From positions 1 through 36,901 of IMG/VR virus record IMGVR_UViG_3300032225_001413: a stretch of DNA of 36,901 bases; one strand, written 5' to 3'. The notes below the pieces were generated by a model. The model was not told the origin of the DNA, searched no databases, and saw nothing but the letters and a program-made list of their open reading frames with translations. A program made the position numbers and the translations under genes. Positions 19,876 through 28,130 of the stretch are shown here, piece by piece (the stretch's first letter is position 1; each line of letters begins with the position of its first letter). Origin of the DNA: a virus. Lineage: Duplodnaviria > Caudoviricetes.

Positions 19876-19904
19876 AGCCTACCACGCGCGCGCGGTTATG
19901 TAAC
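19876..19904 (-). promoter_or_regulatory. Putative extended -10 promoter giving a leaderless portal mRNA
   Basis: GTTACA-N17 with TGG-TAGGCT-N6-ATG; no SD before the ATG. Confidence 0.5.
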
Positions 19905-19906
19905 CG

Positions 19907-21259
19907 CTAGCCAACGATTCCCCACTCGTCGGTCGCGTGCGTGCTCGTCGCCATTGAGGCACCGCCCGGACGCTGCACCGGCCACTGCCAATGCGCCAGG
20001 TAGCCCAGCGCGTCGACGATGTGGCTTTGATCCTTGTCGCCGGCCTTCTTCTGAGGCTCGTTGCTGCGGTCGTAGGCTTGCGTTTCCAACGCCTTGATCA
20101 GCGTCGGGCAAGCGTCGCCGTCAATCGTCACGCGCCTGTCGCGAAAAAGCACATTGAGCGTGTTCACCCTGTCGCGCACGGGAGGGTTGCGCGTGCCATG
20201 CACCACCCGAAAGCCAGCCTGTAGAAGCAGGTGGACGTCGCTCAGCGACGACGTCGACTTGAGCGCGGTCCCGCTGGCGTCGACGTAGGCGCTGATCTTC
20301 ATCCTCGCGATCTCGTCGCGCGAGTAGCGGCGCCCGCGTGTGCGCTCGAGGTACCGCCCGATCCATGCGGCCACCCGTTCGGCGTGCTCGTCCGTCGTCG
20401 TCCCGCCGTCTTTGATCACCTCGCCCACGACGTGCGCCACGCGCTTCTCGTCGTCGATTTCGGCTACCAACCATTGCATATTGCGCACGTTGAAGTCGCA
20501 CCCGATCGCGATACGCCCACGCCCAGGCTTCACGGCGTGCGGCGCCACCGCATGGGTCTGCCGGGCGAACCGCGCATAGACGCGACCGCCGCGCGCGGTG
20601 CGTACGCCCTCCAATTTCTCGCTGATCGCCTCGTCGGTCCCGAGGCGCGCGCGCGAATCTTCGATGTAGGACGCAGGCAAAAAGGGGTTGTCGAGCGTCC
20701 TGATTATGTAAGCGCGCGTCGTCGGCGCCGGACGCGCAAGGATCAGGTCGTAGGCCGGGCCGTAGCCTTCGGGCGTGCCCGTCAGCAGCGTTTCGAGCGC
20801 GCCACCGACGCGGACGCGCTGCATCGCCGGGACGAGCGCCTCGACGTCGCAGAGTTCCCATTCGTCGATCCACGCGCCGATGGCGTTGATCCCTTCGGTG
20901 CTGCGCGGCCTGTCGAGCGAGCGGCACCACACCTCGAATTTGCGCGCGCGTCCCACCTCGAAAATATGCGCCTGCCTCCAGTGCCGGAACGGCACGCCCC
21001 ACCTATCGAGGTTTTCGGCGATCGACCGCTCCATGACGTCGCGCACCATCGGGTAGGTAGGCTCGCACCCGAGGATCGGGCCGGAGTGGCCCTCTCGCAT
21101 CCCCAGATCGAGCAAGAACGCCACGCCCAGCGAAGTCTTGCCCGAGCCATACCCACCCGACACGACGCGTACGCCGGGGCCACGGTCGGCGAGGACGGCG
21201 AGGTGTCGTTGCCCAAATTGGGCAACACCGCGTGACGGGACAACAGTCACGATCTCCAC
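19907..21259 (-). CDS. terL: Terminase large subunit, 450 aa
   Basis: Walker A GGYGSGKT, Walker B AWIDE, TGTPEG, nuclease motifs GCDFN and HIVDALGY. Confidence 0.95.
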   Translation of the reverse strand: MEIVTVVPSRGVAQFGQRHLAVLADRGPGVRVVSGGYGSGKTSLGVAFLLDLGMREGHSGPILGCEPTYPMVRDVMERSIAENLDRWGVPFRHWRQAHIFEVGRARKFEVWCRSLDRPRSTEGINAIGAWIDEWELCDVEALVPAMQRVRVGGALETLLTGTPEGYGPAYDLILARPAPTTRAYIIRTLDNPFLPASYIEDSRARLGTDEAISEKLEGVRTARGGRVYARFARQTHAVAPHAVKPGRGRIAIGCDFNVRNMQWLVAEIDDEKRVAHVVGEVIKDGGTTTDEHAERVAAWIGRYLERTRGRRYSRDEIARMKISAYVDASGTALKSTSSLSDVHLLLQAGFRVVHGTRNPPVRDRVNTLNVLFRDRRVTIDGDACPTLIKALETQAYDRSNEPQKKAGDKDQSHIVDALGYLAHWQWPVQRPGGASMATSTHATDEWGIVG

Positions 21260-21453
21260 CTGTCGACGAGATCATCGATGTCGTCGCCCTCGACGACGTC
21301 GCACGCAGCCAGTAGCAAAGTCGCCATCCGCCGAGCCTCGCGCGCGGGCAAGCGCACACGCACGACCGTCTTTGCGCCATCGACGACGAGCACGACGAGC
21401 TCGCCGTCAAGCCCGACCGAGTAGGTGCCATCGATGCCGTCGTCGTCGCTCAC
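21247..21453 (-). CDS. Small acidic hypothetical protein, 68 aa
   Basis: Overlaps the terS stop and the terL start. Confidence 0.7.
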   Translation of the reverse strand: MSDDDGIDGTYSVGLDGELVVLVVDGAKTVVRVRLPAREARRMATLLLAACDVVEGDDIDDLVDRWRS

Positions 21454-21749
21454 TCAGCCGCCGTGTGCGTCACAACGGCAGGAATAAAGTCGACCGTATC
21501 CACCTTGCCTTCGTCGGTCGCCACCGGCTGCGCTTCGGAGACCTTGCCCAGGTGGCGCTCCAGGATCAGTTCGCACGCGCGCATCGACACTTTTTCGTCG
21601 GCCGATTGCATGTGCTGGCGCATGCGTTCAAGTGCTTCTGGCACGCACGAGGCGATGAACGCCAGCGCCTCGGCCCGAGACATGGCGTTTTCGGGGAGCT
21701 TCGGGCGGCCGCCAGGATTGCCGCTTTGCCCCTTCTGGAATTTTGCCAC
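21450..21749 (-). CDS. terS: Terminase small subunit, 99 aa
   Basis: KFQKGQSGNPGGRPK N-terminus; AGGAG RBS; upstream of terL. Confidence 0.8.
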   Translation of the reverse strand: MAKFQKGQSGNPGGRPKLPENAMSRAEALAFIASCVPEALERMRQHMQSADEKVSMRACELILERHLGKVSEAQPVATDEGKVDTVDFIPAVVTHTAAE

Positions 21750-21848
21750 GCCGGCTCCTGCCCTGCTGTCGTCCTGCTCTCAGGTTAGCACACAAACGAC
21801 GACGGGGGCACCATGCCCCCGCCATCCCCGTTTGCTGTTTGCCCGCAC

Positions 21849-21877
21849 GTCATAGCACGGCGCAGGCGCGCGCGCAA
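21849..21877 (-). promoter_or_regulatory. Candidate promoter for the virion operon
   Basis: TTGCGC-N17 with TGC-TATGAC; an alternative extended -10 TGC-TAACCT lies at 21782-21790. Confidence 0.35.
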
Positions 21878-21985
21878 CTAACGCCGCGCGGCTTTACCAA
21901 GCCACAGATCGGCAGATCCGACGCTAAGGCAAAACGCTTTTTCTTGCAGATCGGGCATGCATGCGCGTGATCTGCCCGGCCGGGC

Positions 21986-22015
21986 ATTGCTCGCGATTGC
22001 TCACGATTGCTCGCG
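21986..22015. repeat. Three 10-bp tandem repeats ATTGCTCRCG
   Basis: ATTGCTCGCG ATTGCTCACG ATTGCTCGCG, next to the 14-bp palindrome TGCCCGGCCGGGCA (21973-21986). Confidence 0.9.
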
Positions 22016-22266
22016 CTAGGGATGCGTCGCGGGGTGAACCAGATTGGATCTAGGCTGTAGAAAACAGCTATCCATCTCAGGTTATACCTAAGATTCAAAT
22101 TCTTCATATTCATACGGGGGGGACTATCCCTCACCCGCGTATCCCCCCCCATATGAAGATGAAGGCGGTTTTTTGCCGCACGCCACTGCTAGGCGTGGGA
22201 CCGCATCCAATCTTCGGCCTTGACAGCAGTCTTAGCCATGTAGGGGAGGGGAAACATGGGGCCATT

Positions 22267-23529
22267 CTACCGCGTTTGCAGTCCGCGCACAAGTCGCAAA
22301 GATTCCTGCGACCTCGTTGCTGCGGTATAAAGCCAGCGCCTGCGGTCTTCGTCGGTGGTGCCGATCACGTCGTCGGTCGTAACGAGCACACGACGGGCTT
22401 GTGAACCTTGCGCTTTGTGGCACGTGACGGCCCATCCGTAGCTGCACACGACCTGCGTGGCGAGATCCGCCCATAGACTCGGACGCACGCCCGATTGCCT
22501 ATCCCTCATCGCTTTTTGCTTCGCCTCTCGTATGCGGTCGCAGTACGCCTTGATCGCTCGGCGGTCGTGCTCGTCAAGCATCGCCACGGGCGATGACGTG
22601 CCCTTGAGGAGCCCAACGCGCTCGTAATCGATCAGCGTCAACGCCTCACCAGGGCGAAAACGCTCGCCGTTCACCGCGTTTGCCCACGGTGCGGTGTGCT
22701 CGACCACGAGCACGTCGCCCGCCTCGGGCATGACGTCTGCCCGCCCTGAAGGGCGCAGAACCGCGCGGGCGAGTTGGTTGGCTTTTACGCGGTTGGTGTT
22801 ACGCCCGACCACGATTAGCCCATCCCCATCGATCTCGTACGTCCACCGCACGGCGTCTGCCGCATTTTTCGGGTTGAGCACGCGATCAATAAGGGCGAAC
22901 GGCGCGCTTGACGCATGCCCCACGCCCTCACTCAGCCTGCGGGCAAGCGCCAACGACGCCGGGATCGACTGCTCGCGTACGGCGGTGGCGAACGACAGGA
23001 TCGGGCTCCCTGCTGTTTGCCGGTGGATCGTCTCAAGCCTCCACGTCGGGTGCAGCATGACGCCCGTGCTTTCGCCCACGGCAGGAAGCTGAAAGTGATC
23101 TCCGACGAACAAAAACCGCGACGACGGGGCGCGTTCTTTGACCTTCCGCAACACGTAGGCATCGAGCATCGATGCTTCGTCGACGACGATCAGCGCCGGA
23201 ACGTTGCAGTCGTCGCGGGTATCCCACGCGATCTCGCCTTTCTTGCTCTTCACTTCGGACGGCCGCAAAAATCGGCTATGGATCGTCGACGTTTCGGCCT
23301 CGATGCCCGCGCGCCGCAGCACCTCGCGCAGCACAAGCGACGCCTTGCCCGTTGGTGACACGTAGCAGACCGAGAGGCGCATACGCTGCCACTTTTGCGC
23401 GATCTGCGATAACAGCCATGTTTTGCCGCAGCCCGCATAGCCTGCAAGGGTCACGTCTCGCCGGTCGGTCGTCGACAAAGACCAATCCAAGATCCCGTCG
23501 TACGCCTCGAGTTGATCAGGCGACATCAT
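22267..23529 (-). CDS. SF1B helicase (RecD/Dda-like), 420 aa
   Basis: GYAGCGKT, PTGKA, TIHS, VDEASM, GDHFQL, HRQ, TCHKAQGS, YTAATR. Confidence 0.93.
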   Translation of the reverse strand: MMSPDQLEAYDGILDWSLSTTDRRDVTLAGYAGCGKTWLLSQIAQKWQRMRLSVCYVSPTGKASLVLREVLRRAGIEAETSTIHSRFLRPSEVKSKKGEIAWDTRDDCNVPALIVVDEASMLDAYVLRKVKERAPSSRFLFVGDHFQLPAVGESTGVMLHPTWRLETIHRQTAGSPILSFATAVREQSIPASLALARRLSEGVGHASSAPFALIDRVLNPKNAADAVRWTYEIDGDGLIVVGRNTNRVKANQLARAVLRPSGRADVMPEAGDVLVVEHTAPWANAVNGERFRPGEALTLIDYERVGLLKGTSSPVAMLDEHDRRAIKAYCDRIREAKQKAMRDRQSGVRPSLWADLATQVVCSYGWAVTCHKAQGSQARRVLVTTDDVIGTTDEDRRRWLYTAATRSQESLRLVRGLQTR

Positions 23530-26072
23530 GCGTCACCGTCCTGCGCTTGCGTCTTTGCCCTTGGCTCCTTCTTCTTTAGCATGCCAGCAGTGCCGAGCTT
23601 TTCGGCTTGCTCGCTTTCCTCGAAGAACACGAGCACGTCGTAAACGTCGTCAGCGCCAAGGTTGGCCGAGCGCATGATCGACGAGCGCGAAGGCTTCTCG
23701 CCGCGTTCATTCAGGCGCGCCACCGCACGGCGTACCTTGGCGACCTTGCGCTCCCATGGATCGGCGCCGCCCGCGTTCTGCGCCAAGTGGCGCTCGATGA
23801 CGTTCGCGCTGTGCTCGGCGATGTCGCACGCGAGGCGCGCAATCGTGGCGTCGACTTTCGGCAGCCCGCCGCGCGTCTCTGCTGCCACTGCAAGCGCGAG
23901 CGCGATGCGCTTCGCATGCTCGGCCGATCGACCCGTCGATCCTTCCAGGCTTTCATCCTGTTCCTTCCTGCGCCGGTCGTCGCAAACTTCGCGAAAATCG
24001 AGCAAGATTTCGTCTGCCGCTGCGTCGGCGTCGACCTCGTCGGGCAGGTAGAGCGATGACTGGTCCTTCGGCACGCGCGACACCCAAGCCGCGTGTTCGT
24101 CGCGCTTGGCCTCGATAGCCGCCACGAGTTCCGGCGCCACCGGTCCACGGTGCTGTGCTCGATTGAAGCGCGGCAGCGTCGACAGCGCGGTCATCCACAG
24201 GTGACGACCCATGAAGCCGTCACGCGTCGACATTGACGACAACGCCTCGTGCAATGCCTCAGGTGTCGTCGACCCATAGATCACGATCGTCGGCGCGACG
24301 AGCGCGCGTCCGCCGCCGCCTTCCATCTTCGATTTGGCGAACGTCAGCGTGTCAGTATTGGCTTGTACAACCTTGAGCAGCACGCCGCGTAGCGACCCGA
24401 GCGCCACGTTGCGGTCATTCAAAATCACCTTGAGGATCGGCCCATATTCGTCGACGCAGAAAATCTGCCCTGTCTGCGCATTGGTGGCGCCCTCCAAGCC
24501 TGCAAGAAACGCCGCTGACGAAACGAAATCATCGGGACCGACGATCGGTAGCCATGATCCGCGAAGCAGGTTGGTCACGAGTTTTTGAGGCGCACCCTTG
24601 CCCGTCGACGTCGGCGCCACCGAGGCAACGATCATACTCGACGTGACGCCTTGAAACGTAAACCGACGCATGCCGAGCGCGAACGCCAGCGCAAGACCGC
24701 CGCCAAGCATCAGACCAGGTTGACGGTAGTCGACGCGCCGTTCGATCTCGGCCGCAAACAACTTTGGTATGCCCGAAAGCGCCGAAAAGCGCTCCCAGAG
24801 GTTGCCTATGACCGCGTCAAGGGATACTGTCTTTTTTGTCCGTGCCTCGTTTCCGCTCCCCTTGACGAGACGCAGACCCCCAGCCCCGGCGTCGTCCCCC
24901 GCCGGGGCTTCTTTTTCTTCCTCGGTCGTCTCGCTTGTCGTGTCGATGACTTCGCCAGCGAGAACGCGCGCGACGACGTCATCGGCCCATGCGTTGACTT
25001 GCGCCAGTTGCGCCGGGTCGACCTCGTCGAATTCGTAGCGGTAGCGGTCAAGCTCGCGCTCTGTCGGATAGATGGGCTCGCGCTTGCCGTGCTCGATGCC
25101 GTCGCGAATTGTTGCGGCATCCTTCCCGGTCGGCCCTACTTCTTTTCCTTGCGCTTTCCAGACGTTTAGGATGCCGAGCAGCGCCGACGTGACCTCCCCA
25201 TCCGATAACGCATGCGGGATATAGCCACCGAGCAGCCTAGCCGTCCGCAGCAATGCGTCGTGCTTCTGGCCATCGGGCAGCGCACTGAGCTTTCCGATCT
25301 CTCGCTGTAGGGCATCCTGCGCCCATTGACGGGTCGCGTCGCCCTCGACGTTTGCCGCGCGCGGCTTCGGACGGTTGGCGTTTGCCGCGATCGTCTCCGC
25401 GATGCTGCGCCGCGCGTCTTCGACGACCACTTGCGGATCGAAAAGTTCACCGGGCGATGAGAGCCACAAAGGCCGATCGTTCTCCCATGCGCCACGTTCA
25501 AGCGTCCCGACAATCAGCGGCGCCGACGCGTAGAAGTGCAGCCGGCAAACGTCTTTCGTTGAGCCGTCGATCAGCCCCCGGAAGAGGCTTTCATTCAGGC
25601 GCGACCAAACCGATCCCCATAACTTGAGGTCGCCATACACGACGACAGGAGACGCGAACGGCACAACGAAACGCCACGCGCCGCGCGGGTGCTTCCAACG
25701 ATGGCCAAACGTCGTCCATGCCCAGTGTCGGATGCCGGCAGACTCCAGTGTTCGGGCGATGGCGTCGACGTGCTCGTCTCCGACGTCGTCAAGGTCTGCA
25801 ATAAAAGCATGCACCTCGACGACGTTTGAAGCCTTGCGCGTCGTCCCCGCTTGCAACACAACCGGCGAGAACGCCGGCCCGTTCTCTTTCGCCCCCGCGT
25901 GCTTGTAGAGGTTGGCCGCTTCGGCCGGGCGCTCGCGAACGTCGCCCTCGACGTGTGACCGCAGGAGCGGCCGATCGGCAAACGACCGACAACGCGCCTC
26001 AAAATCGTCGACGGAAACAACAAGTAATTCGGGCTTCACCGCCCGAGCGTTCGCAAAATCGCTGATTTTCAC
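23526..26072 (-). CDS. Primase-helicase (AEP-like primase, PriCT-like helix, DUF3987-type ATPase), 848 aa
   Basis: N-terminal ADLDD, TTFGH, RFVVP, DGSTKDVCRL; C-terminal APTSTGKG, VDEYG, DGFMGR; AGGAGG RBS. Confidence 0.8.
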   Translation of the reverse strand: MKISDFANARAVKPELLVVSVDDFEARCRSFADRPLLRSHVEGDVRERPAEAANLYKHAGAKENGPAFSPVVLQAGTTRKASNVVEVHAFIADLDDVGDEHVDAIARTLESAGIRHWAWTTFGHRWKHPRGAWRFVVPFASPVVVYGDLKLWGSVWSRLNESLFRGLIDGSTKDVCRLHFYASAPLIVGTLERGAWENDRPLWLSSPGELFDPQVVVEDARRSIAETIAANANRPKPRAANVEGDATRQWAQDALQREIGKLSALPDGQKHDALLRTARLLGGYIPHALSDGEVTSALLGILNVWKAQGKEVGPTGKDAATIRDGIEHGKREPIYPTERELDRYRYEFDEVDPAQLAQVNAWADDVVARVLAGEVIDTTSETTEEEKEAPAGDDAGAGGLRLVKGSGNEARTKKTVSLDAVIGNLWERFSALSGIPKLFAAEIERRVDYRQPGLMLGGGLALAFALGMRRFTFQGVTSSMIVASVAPTSTGKGAPQKLVTNLLRGSWLPIVGPDDFVSSAAFLAGLEGATNAQTGQIFCVDEYGPILKVILNDRNVALGSLRGVLLKVVQANTDTLTFAKSKMEGGGGRALVAPTIVIYGSTTPEALHEALSSMSTRDGFMGRHLWMTALSTLPRFNRAQHRGPVAPELVAAIEAKRDEHAAWVSRVPKDQSSLYLPDEVDADAAADEILLDFREVCDDRRRKEQDESLEGSTGRSAEHAKRIALALAVAAETRGGLPKVDATIARLACDIAEHSANVIERHLAQNAGGADPWERKVAKVRRAVARLNERGEKPSRSSIMRSANLGADDVYDVLVFFEESEQAEKLGTAGMLKKKEPRAKTQAQDGDA

Positions 26073-26111
26073 TCTGTCCTCCTTGCGCCGTCCCCAGCGC
26101 GTCCGACTCGC

Positions 26112-26140
26112 ATCCTACCGCGCACCCTTGCGCGTGTCAC
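26112..26140 (-). promoter_or_regulatory. Putative primase promoter
   Basis: GTGACA-N17-TAGGAT, 40 nt upstream of the start codon. Confidence 0.6.
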
Positions 26141-26156
26141 GATCTGCCGCTAGCCT
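26128..26156 (+). promoter_or_regulatory. Putative antisense promoter overlapping the primase promoter
   Basis: TTGCGC-N17-TAGCCT with a GATCTGCC box in the spacer. Confidence 0.5.
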
Positions 26157-26162
26157 CTCGTC

Positions 26163-26229
26163 TCCACGCCGCCGGCCGCTCCCTCCGTCGACGTGTCGCC
26201 CCGACCGCAAGGCCGGGGCGTTGTTTTTT
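26163..26229 (+). ncRNA. Predicted ~65-nt counter-transcribed small RNA
   Basis: Bounded by a plus-strand promoter and a plus-strand terminator between two minus-strand genes. Confidence 0.45.
26197..26229 (+). terminator. Intrinsic terminator with a plus-strand U-tract
   Basis: CGCCCCGACC-GCAA-GGCCGGGGCG (one mismatch) followed by TTGTTTTTT. Confidence 0.7.
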
Positions 26230-27976
26230 AGAACGGCAGATCGTCACCGTCCCACGGATCGACGAGCCCCCCCGCATCTGCGACGAGCCCCCCCGCATCT
26301 GCGACGAGCCCCCCCGCATCTGCCGGTTGCTCGTCTCCAGGCTGCCGCCCCGCCTCTTGACGCAGATGCACGACGCGCGTGTAGTCGCCGTCGGGGCGCG
26401 TCTCGATCTCGATCACGCGCGGCATCTCTCCTGCGCGCAGCCGCTCGACAGCTTCGGCCACCGTCGCAGGCATCTTCGTCCCGACGTAAATCGCCCACCA
26501 TTTTGCGGCCTTGCTATGTGCGAAACCCTCGTGTTGGATGCAAATCCATTCGCTCGCCACTTTCGTCGGCACCCACGCTGCCGACGCGCCCTCGGGCTCC
26601 GCGCCGTAGTAGTCAACGCGCACCGTCGGCGGGCCGTCGCCGCTACGCTTTCGGTGCTCGTGGAATTGCACCTCGCCGATCAAAAGCTTCGTCGCCACTG
26701 GCCCGCCACCGATCGCCCCAGTCGACAGCGCTGGCAGTGTGCTCGCTTCGGCATTCGCTTTCTTTTCCGGTTCGGGAAATTCGGTATCGCATTCCGAGCA
26801 CACCCGCGCCCCGGCCGGCTGAACTGCTGAGCAATTTTCGCACGTCTTGATCGGTGCGTCGCCGCCACCCTTATTTTTTTTCTTGACCCGCACTTCGTCG
26901 ACGGGACCGTGTCGCGCGATGTTCCCGCCGTAGTCGAGCACTAGGCAGTCGCGCTTGCCCTCGGCGGGACGCATGCCGCGCCCCACGATCTGGACATACA
27001 GTGACGATGACGCGGTCGCGCGCACGACCGCGAGCACGTCGACGCACGGAGCATCGAAGCCCGTTGTGAGCACGTCGCACGATGCCAGCGCAGCAAGTTC
27101 TCGCCGACGAAAGCGCCCGATAATTCCTTGCCGCGTGAATTGGTCCGTCTCGCCGGTGATGGTGGCGCACTCGACGCCACGCACCGCGAGGGCTTCCGCA
27201 AGGTGCTCGGTATGCGCCACCGAGCACCCGAAGAGCAACGCCGACGTGCGCCCCTGTGCCAGCGCGTTGCCGACATCGTCGGCAACGCGCTCGGTCACCT
27301 CGGCGATATCGGCGGCAAGCTCCATGTCGCGCGCGGCAAATTCACCCGCACGAATCGCAAGCTGCGACGTATCGATCTGCGCGCCCACAGCGCCGGTGAT
27401 TAGCGGTGCCAGGTGTCCAGCCGCGATAAGCCGGGGGATCTCGACGCGATAGACGATCGACGAGAACAACGCCCCGTCTCCCTCCGTCAAGTAGCCCTGC
27501 CCGAGACGGTACGGCGTCGCGGTCAGCCCCACGATGCGCAGCGCGGGATTCGTCTGACGCAAGCCCCTTACGAGCGTCTGATATTGCCCTGTACCATCGG
27601 GCGGGATCAGGTGCGCTTCGTCGACGATTAGCACGTCGACGACGCCCAGATCGCGCGCCTTGCGTGCCACCGTCTGAACGCCGCAGACGGTGATCGCCGC
27701 TGTGCCTCGCTTGCCGAGCGACGCCGACCACACCGCGAGCGGAGCCATCGGCCACACACGCCGACATGCGGCCGCGTCTTGCTCGATCAGCTCGGCGCGG
27801 TGCGTGGCGATCACTACGCGCCCGCCGCACTCCTGAACGACGACGCGGGCAAGTTCGCCAAGGATCGCGCTCTTTCCGCCGCCGGTTGGCACCTCGACGA
27901 GCGGGTTCGTCCCACCCTTTCCCCAGTAGGCGATCACCGCGTCGACCGCGTCCTGTTGGTAGTCCCGTAGCTTCAC
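26228..27976 (-). CDS. SF2 DEAH helicase (RadD/YejH-like) with a Zn finger, 582 aa
   Basis: LRDYQ, PTGGGKS, DEAH, TATP, TTGFD, QIVGRGMR, CENC...CSEC; GTG start at 27976 with a GGAGG RBS. Confidence 0.92.
   Translation of the reverse strand: MKLRDYQQDAVDAVIAYWGKGGTNPLVEVPTGGGKSAILGELARVVVQECGGRVVIATHRAELIEQDAAACRRVWPMAPLAVWSASLGKRGTAAITVCGVQTVARKARDLGVVDVLIVDEAHLIPPDGTGQYQTLVRGLRQTNPALRIVGLTATPYRLGQGYLTEGDGALFSSIVYRVEIPRLIAAGHLAPLITGAVGAQIDTSQLAIRAGEFAARDMELAADIAEVTERVADDVGNALAQGRTSALLFGCSVAHTEHLAEALAVRGVECATITGETDQFTRQGIIGRFRRRELAALASCDVLTTGFDAPCVDVLAVVRATASSSLYVQIVGRGMRPAEGKRDCLVLDYGGNIARHGPVDEVRVKKKNKGGGDAPIKTCENCSAVQPAGARVCSECDTEFPEPEKKANAEASTLPALSTGAIGGGPVATKLLIGEVQFHEHRKRSGDGPPTVRVDYYGAEPEGASAAWVPTKVASEWICIQHEGFAHSKAAKWWAIYVGTKMPATVAEAVERLRAGEMPRVIEIETRPDGDYTRVVHLRQEAGRQPGDEQPADAGGLVADAGGLVADAGGLVDPWDGDDLPF
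26260..26323. repeat. Three perfect 21-bp tandem repeats (encoding ADAGGLV)
   Basis: CGACGAGCCCCCCCGCATCTG three times. Confidence 0.97.
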
Positions 27977-28019
27977 TAGATCTGCCTCCCACGCAGCGGA
28001 TCTGCCGCGTTGTGACGCC

Positions 28020-28048
28020 ACTTTACCATGATCTGTCGATTGCGTCAA
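28020..28048 (-). promoter_or_regulatory. Leftward sigma70-type promoter (helicase operon)
   Basis: TTGACG-N17 with TGG-TAAAGT. Confidence 0.8.
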
Positions 28049-28056
28049 CCGAGCAC

Positions 28057-28085
28057 TTGACGCCACACCAGATCAGGCGTAAAAT
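28057..28085 (+). promoter_or_regulatory. Rightward sigma70-type promoter (early operon)
   Basis: TTGACG-N17-TAAAAT. Confidence 0.85.
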
Positions 28086-28130
28086 CCTTCCACGGGCTGC
28101 GCAGTGCAGACCGCAACACAGGGAGACAGC

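Noticed and set aside
18193-20097. 634-aa plus-strand ORF, and similar ones at 14767-15861, 20231-21235 and 10016-10993
   Set aside because: Arg-rich antisense shadows of portal, capsid, terminase and lysis genes, expected in high-GC DNA; no motifs.
22220-22250. Perfect TTGACA as a plus-strand promoter
   Set aside because: No acceptable -10 at 16-18 nt and no downstream plus-strand gene.
26260-26323. 21-bp repeats as a mini-CRISPR array
   Set aside because: Units are directly adjacent with no spacers, are in frame within a gene, and no cas genes are present.
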